The translations under genes were made by a program, and so were the position numbers. From an uncultured Erysipelotrichaceae bacterium (lineage in GTDB: Bacteria > Bacillota_I > Bacilli_A > RF39 > UBA660), in assembly GCA_902783265.1 (NCBI GenBank), contig CACZQJ010000001.1, forward strand, positions 1-32,615: a stretch of 32,615 nt of DNA. The letters are read 5' to 3'. Below the pieces are notes generated by a model. That model had not been told where the DNA came from. It saw only the letters and a program-made list of their open reading frames with translations, and made no database searches. Shown here piece after piece: positions 26,566 to 32,615 of the stretch; within the stretch, counting starts at the first letter, position 1, and every line of letters starts with the position of its first letter.

Positions 26566-26588
26566 ATTATAACACGAACAATCTTTCG
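26566..26588 (-). promoter_or_regulatory. LexA (SOS) box overlapping the dinB promoter
   Basis: CGAAC-AATC-TTTCG at 26575-26588 (one mismatch to the Firmicute CGAAC-N4-GTTCG) directly upstream of an extended -10 TG-T-TATAAT (TATAAT 26571-26566). Confidence 0.7.
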
Positions 26589-26612
26589 ATAAAAGAAAAA
26601 AAGATAAAAAAA

Positions 26613-27164
26613 TTATCTTTCTATATTTCCCCTATAATATTTTTTATATTGAAAATCATGCGGTTTCAAACTTGCATACATAATAGATTGAATAACATCA
26701 TTTACACGCACACTAAAATTGACATTATCCCTAATCATATCTACTAATATTTTATGCATTTCATTTTTTCCAGCCAAAAGCATATCCAAAAAAAGAGAAT
26801 CACCTATCATAATAGTATTAAAAGGTTCACAGCGACTATCAAACATGCTTTTTATTCTATCAAAATCCACAAATGGTTTTGGAGCACTTGCAATAAAATT
26901 TACATCAAGCTTAAAAGCAACAGGTTCAACTCTACTTTTAGAACCACTAGAACAAAGTCCAGACTTTAATCCCAACATTCTAAGATAATTAAAAAGTATT
27001 ATATTATCCTTAGTAACATTAATATCATCAAAAGGCAAAATTGTACAATCTACATCAAATACCGCATACCTAATCCCATTTTCGTAAAGTTTAGGATAAT
27101 TTATATCATAAACAGTAGGTAAATAAGAATCAGGTTTAATTAAATTAGCTATATCTAAGTCCAC
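26613..27164 (-). CDS. YqeG-like HAD-IIIA phosphatase
   Basis: PD.Y...VYDI....L...GI, FDVDCT (DxDxT), A.KP and MIGD.LF.D motifs; GTG start. Confidence 0.8.
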   Translation of the reverse strand: MDLDIANLIKPDSYLPTVYDINYPKLYENGIRYAVFDVDCTILPFDDINVTKDNIILFNYLRMLGLKSGLCSSGSKSRVEPVAFKLDVNFIASAPKPFVDFDRIKSMFDSRCEPFNTIMIGDSLFLDMLLAGKNEMHKILVDMIRDNVNFSVRVNDVIQSIMYASLKPHDFQYKKYYRGNIER

Positions 27165-27181
27165 GTAATCATCCCCTCAAC

Positions 27182-28117
27182 TTATGACAAAACCTTTTCA
27201 AATTGTAAAACCTTTTCTTCTATATAATCAAATTTTTTTAAACTGGCAAGCCATTTTTCAGGAATATTATCATATCCATATATAATGCCAGCTATTGAGC
27301 CAGTAATCGCTCCAATTGTATCCGTATCCCCACCTAGATTAATTGCTCCAACTATAGCTTCAGAATAAGAATTGGAATTTAAAATAACCCATATAACAGC
27401 TTCCAAAGTATACACAACATAACTTGTTGATTTTAAATCATCTATTCTTAAATTATTTATATTTGTTTTTAAAAGCCTATTATAATAATATATGGCATCT
27501 TCAGAAAAATATTCCGAATAATCTAAACATTTAATCATATTGTAACTTGCAAACTTATCCTTGCCGTTTAATATGAAAAGTAAATAATTAACATATATAT
27601 AACATCCAAGAATACTTATTTCATTTGCATTAGTCATTGAAGAAGCATTACTTACTATATTAAAAACTTCATAATCTTTATATTTATTATAATAACAATA
27701 CAAAGCAATTGGAAGCATTCTCATAAGAGAACCATTGCCATTAGAATTAATATCATCACTACCACATTTTGTAGCATCTTCCCCTGTTTCCAAAAATTTA
27801 AGCAAAGCTTTTTTTGTAGTCACACTTATGTCAAACGCTTTACCATTTGCAGAATATATTCCTTTACCAGCCCACCTACAAAATCTAGTCATCATATCAT
27901 TATAATTAATTTCTTTAAAATTTATAATAGAATCCATAGTCGCTAAAGTCATCGAAGTATCACTAGAAAAAGTACCAGCCGAAAGGCCATAAGTTCCATG
28001 TTCAATCATCGAAGTAACTGGCTTTTCAAGTAATTCCTCACGGTTTTTAAATTCTACTGGAACACCCATAGCATTTCCAACAGCAAGTCCAAAAACACTA
28101 CTTCTAATTTCATTCAT
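27182..28117 (-). CDS. ADP-ribosylglycohydrolase (DraG/ARH) family protein with altered active-site residues
   Basis: G.AVGNAMGVPVEF, FSSDTSMT, NGNGSLMR..P and NLGGDTDTIGAITG.IAG..YG...IP..W motifs. Confidence 0.88.
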   Translation of the reverse strand: MNEIRSSVFGLAVGNAMGVPVEFKNREELLEKPVTSMIEHGTYGLSAGTFSSDTSMTLATMDSIINFKEINYNDMMTRFCRWAGKGIYSANGKAFDISVTTKKALLKFLETGEDATKCGSDDINSNGNGSLMRMLPIALYCYYNKYKDYEVFNIVSNASSMTNANEISILGCYIYVNYLLFILNGKDKFASYNMIKCLDYSEYFSEDAIYYYNRLLKTNINNLRIDDLKSTSYVVYTLEAVIWVILNSNSYSEAIVGAINLGGDTDTIGAITGSIAGIIYGYDNIPEKWLASLKKFDYIEEKVLQFEKVLS

Positions 28118-28202
28118 ACAATCACCAATTTAATTATATCATGCAAAACAATATTTTATTATTTTTTTTAAATTTTACTTGTCATTTAATTTTCATAATA
28201 TT

Positions 28203-28712
28203 TTATATATATAAATTACTACTAGAAACTATTAATTCAAAACGTTTATCCGAAGTTTGACTATAAAAATAATCATAACTTAAATTATTCTGTTCTAAAT
28301 TTTGCTTAAACATATCTAAATATTTTAAATTTCTTTTATAATTATAATCCATTAAACCATATGCTCCAAAAACAGCTACTGCAGGAGTAATGACAGGTAC
28401 TAAAGATAACTTTCTAATAAGATTTTCAGGCCTATTAAAAGGAAGATGAGAATAAATAATTCTAACATCCGAAAACATCATAGGATTTTTTATATATCTT
28501 TCCAAAACATCCTCTGTAACAATCCTAAAATTAAGACTTCCTGCTCTATTATTAAAAGAACGGCAAAAAAAATCCAAAGCTGTATTAAAATTATAATCCG
28601 TAATTTCCATAATTTCACCATTACTAAAATTATAACCAACATTTTCTAAAATTGATTTTAAAAAAATCGTATAATCATTTAACAAACTTACATTAAAATT
28701 TCTATTATTCAT
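28203..28712 (-). CDS. Hypothetical protein
   Basis: ORF 28203..28730; ATG 28712 (MNNRNF) after AGAGGT; no recognised motif. Confidence 0.65.
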   Translation of the reverse strand: MNNRNFNVSLLNDYTIFLKSILENVGYNFSNGEIMEITDYNFNTALDFFCRSFNNRAGSLNFRIVTEDVLERYIKNPMMFSDVRIIYSHLPFNRPENLIRKLSLVPVITPAVAVFGAYGLMDYNYKRNLKYLDMFKQNLEQNNLSYDYFYSQTSDKRFELIVSSSNLYI

Positions 28713-28778
28713 TGCACAACCTCTTTTCAAGTAGATAATATCCTACCAGAAATATAAAATAAAATCAAGAAAAAAAGC

Positions 28779-30029
28779 TTAAGCAACCTTTGCCAAGCTT
28801 TTTTCATTAATATTATCACTTATTTGTTTTAAAATTTCTCTATTTCTAATATTTACTACATCATAATCGTTACCTGGATCAACTATAATAGATGAAGCGT
28901 TTGCGTTAACCTCATCAGCATCTCTAACCACTGCCATGTAAATAATCTCACACTCATTTTGCATATTAAATCTATTATTCAAATCGGCAATTATTTTGCC
29001 ACTTGTTAAATCCATCGAAATCATCACATTATATCCAGCCTGCTTTAAAGCATTAACGATTGAATTATACATATTTATAAAATCAAGTAATTTAATATCA
29101 CTATTTCGGTTTTTCTTTACATAATCATTATCTATAGAATAAATAACTAATTTTGAAAAATTATCACCAAATTTATCAAATAACTTAAGCATCCTTTTAA
29201 GCTCAATTGCGCCCATATGTTCATCAGATGCTTTTCCATATATAAATGCCCCAACATTAAAATTTTCACTTTGACACTTAATAGCATTCCTGACAAAAAT
29301 ATCTTCTTCTTTAGAACTATTAACATCTTGGCAGGTAATTACAATCATATCTGCTTTCTGCTTTTTAAATGATTCAATATCTCTAGCATCTAAAACATCT
29401 CCATCAGAAATTTTTTGAATTGATAATTTATTATCTTCATCAAAACTATCGTTTCTTTCTTCTTTCATAGCTACTGCAATATCTGCAGACTTACTATCGG
29501 CATTTTCCTTTTCTTTAATATCCCTAGGCACATTAACAGTATAAGCCGGATTAAGCATAACACTGCTTTTTTTAACAGAAAGTAAATCTTGATTTTTATT
29601 ATATGAAGAAGAATACTGATTTTTTGTTAAATAATATTCACTTAAAATACTTTCTAACCCTTTAGCATATTCAGCATTTTTAAGATCAAATTTAGGCCAT
29701 ACAATTGGACTTCCATTTAAAACCCACTTATTATCAATAAATCTAATAAATCTATTTTCTAAGCAAGCCGAATTAAGTGACCCCTCCAAATAATCTAAAG
29801 CACAATTATAAACCTTGATTAAAGCATTTATAAAACCGACTTCTCCCTTATTTGGAAAATTAATTATATTAGTCCCTGTAGAAGGTGCAGGAGCTTTAAC
29901 TAAAATATCTCTACCTTGCATTTTCATAAATTTGCCATGTTTAAGTTGCAATTTTATCCAATCAAGATGTTCAGGAAAAAGAGTATTAATTCTATTAGGT
30001 AAAACATCTGTATTTTCTTGATTTTTCAT
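28779..30029 (-). CDS. Hypothetical protein with a C-terminal degenerate GH25 (lysozyme)-like barrel
   Basis: C-terminal half reads like GH25 (MIVIT, ED.FVRN...C......VGAFIY..A......E, LVIYSID, L..AGYNV.I) but lacks the DxE motif; ATG 30029 after GGGTGA. Confidence 0.55.
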   Translation of the reverse strand: MKNQENTDVLPNRINTLFPEHLDWIKLQLKHGKFMKMQGRDILVKAPAPSTGTNIINFPNKGEVGFINALIKVYNCALDYLEGSLNSACLENRFIRFIDNKWVLNGSPIVWPKFDLKNAEYAKGLESILSEYYLTKNQYSSSYNKNQDLLSVKKSSVMLNPAYTVNVPRDIKEKENADSKSADIAVAMKEERNDSFDEDNKLSIQKISDGDVLDARDIESFKKQKADMIVITCQDVNSSKEEDIFVRNAIKCQSENFNVGAFIYGKASDEHMGAIELKRMLKLFDKFGDNFSKLVIYSIDNDYVKKNRNSDIKLLDFINMYNSIVNALKQAGYNVMISMDLTSGKIIADLNNRFNMQNECEIIYMAVVRDADEVNANASSIIVDPGNDYDVVNIRNREILKQISDNINEKSLAKVA

Positions 30030-30059
30030 ACCATCACCCACGCTCCATATGCTAAATAA

Positions 30060-30089
30060 ATTATACATCTGCTTTACACACAATGTCAA
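30060..30089 (-). promoter_or_regulatory. Sigma-A promoter
   Basis: TTGACA (30089-30084), 18 nt, TATAAT (30065-30060). Confidence 0.65.
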
Positions 30090-30126
30090 TAATTACATAA
30101 AAAAATGGTAAAAATAATTACTATTT

Positions 30127-32415
30127 CTACCATCTTATTTTTTTGGAAATTATGTAAAACAACTTTGTAAAGAAATTAAACACCAAAATCGCAATTAAAA
30201 ACAATATACTAACAATAATTAACAATTTAGGTGTTAAAATAACTAACGAAAACAATTTTCTCATAAAAGTTATACCAATTAAAAATAAAGTAAGTAAAGT
30301 AAAAAATAACACCCCTCTAATTTTATTAAAAGGTACACTTATTCTATAAAGAAGCATAAATCCGGTAAGACCAGTCATAATAACACATAAAGTAGACACT
30401 TCATCAAGAGAAAGTTTGACAAAAACTGGAAGAAGCATAATTAATAAGATATTAAAAGTAATAGTTAATGCTGTTGGAAAAGACTTTTTTAAAACATTTA
30501 CAAGTATCTTACCATTAATTCTCTCATTGTTAGGTTCAAGAGCTAATACAAAAGAAGGTATTCCAATCGTTACTACGCTTGTTAATGTAAGCTGTATTGG
30601 AATAAAAGGATAAGGCCTTCCTAAAAACATAAATATTATAGCAAGCATTGTCGCATAAGTAGTTTTGCATAGAAACAAAGTTGAAGATCTTTGAATATTA
30701 TTAATACTACGTCTGCCTTCAGCAACAACCTTAGGCATTGAAGAAAAATTAGAATCAAGTAAAACTAATTGTGAAACATTTCTCGCAGCATCACTGCCAC
30801 TATTCATTGCAATACTACAGTCAGCCTCTTTTAAAGCCAAGACATCATTAACTCCATCGCCCGTCATTGCTACTGTATGTCCCTTAGCTTTTAAGGCAAG
30901 TATTATCTCTTTTTTTTGATTCGGCTTTACCCTGCCAAAAATATTATAATCATCAACCAAATCAACAATCGATGATTTTGTTTTACTTAAATCAACATAT
31001 TTAATATTTTCAAGGCCAACCTTTTCAGCAATATAGGCAACTGTTCTAGGATTATCACCAGAAATTAACTTTATATCTACTTTTTCCTCTTTAAAATAAT
31101 CCAAAATAATTTTAGCATCTTTCCTTATTTTATCGCTAATTACAATCAAAGCCATAGGCTGCAAATTCGTAGGCAACTCCTTATTTAATTTCCTATCACT
31201 TTTAGCAAGTAAAACTACCCGATTTTCTATATAATCTTGAAGTTCTTTTATATTATTAGAATTACAAATAACATCAGGAGCCCCTATAACATAACTAACA
31301 CCTTTAAAAGAAATTCCTGACCACTTATTTTTAGAAGAAAATGGCATAATTTCTAAAACTTCATAATCATTTTTTCGCGAATATTTTTTACTAATAGCCT
31401 CCATTGTTTGATTATCATTTTCCATGTGATAACTAATTAATCCTAAAGCATCAGTTATATCACTCATTGCCGTACCATTTAAAGGTATTAGTTTAGAAAC
31501 TTCCATATTACCTTCAGTAATAGTGCCTGTTTTATCCAAACATAAAGTGTCAACTCTAGCCAAAGTTTCAATACAAAATAATTCCTGAACTAATACTTTA
31601 TAATCAGCAAGCCTAATAACGCTTATAGCCAAAACTGTACTAGTAAGTAAAACCAACCCTTCTGGAATCATGCCAATCAAAGCAGCAACAGTAGAAACGA
31701 CAGCATCTGGCAAAACAGATTCTGACATCTGATTTAAAAATAAAAGTATCCCGATTGGAATTATAGCAATAGAAATATATTTAATTATTTTATTAATAAA
31801 ATTCATAATTTCCGAATTAATTTTTTTAATATATTTTGCTTCCATTGATATTTGTGAAGTATAATTATCATTTCCTACATGAATTGCTTCAGCATAGCAT
31901 GAACCACTAACAATAAAACTGCCAGAATATAAAGTGTCACTTTTTCGCTTGCTTACTGATTCTTCTTCACCAGTAAGCAATGATTCATTAACCAAAACTT
32001 CACCAAACAAAATTCTACTATCTGTTGGTATCTGACTTCCAGCATTCAGCTTTAAAACATCACCCAAAACTATTTCATGCATGTTTATTTGTTTAGTAAT
32101 TCCACCTCTAACTACCCATGCTTTATTTTCGTTCAATAATGAAAGCTTGTCAATTGTAATTTTACTTCTAATTTCTTGAACAGTACTAATCAAAGTATTA
32201 CAAATTACCACTCCAAGAAAAAGTAAATTCTTATAAGATCTTACAAAAAATACAGCTAAGGCTAAACCCAAATTTAAAAAATTAAACAAAGTAAAAAAAT
32301 TGCCAGCAATAATTTGCCAAATAGACTTAGTTTTAACATCTGATCTATAATTAACTAAGCCTTTTTCTTCTAGCCTTAACACCTCTTCTTCTGATAAACC
32401 ATTTATTTTTTCCAT
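30127..32415 (-). CDS. Cation-transporting P-type ATPase (CtpE-like)
   Basis: ESLLTGE, IPEGL, DKTGT phosphorylation site, ISGDN, GDGVND and multiple TM helices. Confidence 0.93.
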   Translation of the reverse strand: MEKINGLSEEEVLRLEEKGLVNYRSDVKTKSIWQIIAGNFFTLFNFLNLGLALAVFFVRSYKNLLFLGVVICNTLISTVQEIRSKITIDKLSLLNENKAWVVRGGITKQINMHEIVLGDVLKLNAGSQIPTDSRILFGEVLVNESLLTGEEESVSKRKSDTLYSGSFIVSGSCYAEAIHVGNDNYTSQISMEAKYIKKINSEIMNFINKIIKYISIAIIPIGILLFLNQMSESVLPDAVVSTVAALIGMIPEGLVLLTSTVLAISVIRLADYKVLVQELFCIETLARVDTLCLDKTGTITEGNMEVSKLIPLNGTAMSDITDALGLISYHMENDNQTMEAISKKYSRKNDYEVLEIMPFSSKNKWSGISFKGVSYVIGAPDVICNSNNIKELQDYIENRVVLLAKSDRKLNKELPTNLQPMALIVISDKIRKDAKIILDYFKEEKVDIKLISGDNPRTVAYIAEKVGLENIKYVDLSKTKSSIVDLVDDYNIFGRVKPNQKKEIILALKAKGHTVAMTGDGVNDVLALKEADCSIAMNSGSDAARNVSQLVLLDSNFSSMPKVVAEGRRSINNIQRSSTLFLCKTTYATMLAIIFMFLGRPYPFIPIQLTLTSVVTIGIPSFVLALEPNNERINGKILVNVLKKSFPTALTITFNILLIMLLPVFVKLSLDEVSTLCVIMTGLTGFMLLYRISVPFNKIRGVLFFTLLTLFLIGITFMRKLFSLVILTPKLLIIVSILFLIAILVFNFFTKLFYIISKKIRW

Positions 32416-32501
32416 GTTATCACGCCTTTAAATATATTTTATCATAAATATACTAATCTTTAAATAGAAAGGCTTTTATTAATAATAGACAAAATTTTTG
32501 C

Positions 32502-32530
32502 TTTACAATACCTAAAAAATATTATATAAT
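32502..32530 (+). promoter_or_regulatory. Sigma-A promoter of the tRNA
   Basis: TTTACA (32502-32507), 17 nt, TATAAT (32525-32530), 8 nt before the tRNA. Confidence 0.65.
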
Positions 32531-32538
32531 GTAATTAC

Positions 32539-32613
32539 GCAGGTGTAGTACAACGGTTAGTATATGGCCTTGCCAAGGCTAAGATGCCGGTTCGATTCCG
32601 GTCACTTGCTCCA
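32539..32613 (+). tRNA. tRNA-Gly (GCC)
   Basis: Cloverleaf: acceptor GCAGGTG/CACTTGC, anticodon arm TGGCC-TTGCCAA-GGCTA, T arm GCCGG-TTCGATT-CCGGT, discriminator T, encoded CCA. Confidence 0.96.
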
Positions 32614-32615
32614 TT

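Noticed and set aside
1046-30613. Short ORF-track entries overlapping real genes (1046-1291, 2590-2781, 7445-7654, 10808-11008, 13567-13827, 13727-13987, 14368-14553, 20884-21183, 21122-21349, 25939-26133, 26719-26988, 26754-26969, 28446-28649, 29815-30021, 30416-30613)
   Set aside because: Antisense or alternate-frame shadows of well-supported genes, with no clear RBS or motif.
32539-32613. tRNA-Gly as non-proteinogenic or as an integration site
   Set aside because: The cloverleaf, D-loop GG and TTCGA loop look ordinary; the window ends 2 nt after it and no integrase or att duplication is visible.
1-32615. CRISPR arrays, IS elements, prophage or genetic code 4
   Set aside because: No regularly spaced repeats, transposase or phage genes seen; TGA terminates several genes (for example tex) and long ORFs are intact under code 11.

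Overview
AT-rich chromosomal window, almost entirely on the minus strand, from a Bacilli-like Firmicute using code 11 (TGA serves as stop). An uncultured RF39-like lineage is my inference from composition, gene content and synteny. Housekeeping genes include yqeY-rpsU, ylbD-ylbE-rsmD, an LTA synthase, yihY, argS with an Arg T-box, uppP, tex, dinB with a LexA-like box, a YqeG-like HAD phosphatase, a P-type ATPase and tRNA-Gly(GCC). The main signal is a dispersed, sortase-free fibre/pilus-like system. It has six paralogous TasA/CalY-like genes (five intact, one truncated) with SipW-type signal peptides (G/A-Y/F-A|A-F) and a near-invariant mature N-terminal strand. It also has an ER-type (Ser-His) signal peptidase fused to a multi-TM, apparently catalytically dead CPBP/Abi-like domain, and a DUF5305-like membrane protein. 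Next to these lies an operon with a lone type IV pilin and a degenerate-GGDEF sensor. A second signal is a C39 peptidase ABC exporter followed by two double-glycine peptides missing from the ORF track. Several enzymes show altered catalytic motifs. Family calls are from remembered motifs; no searches were run.
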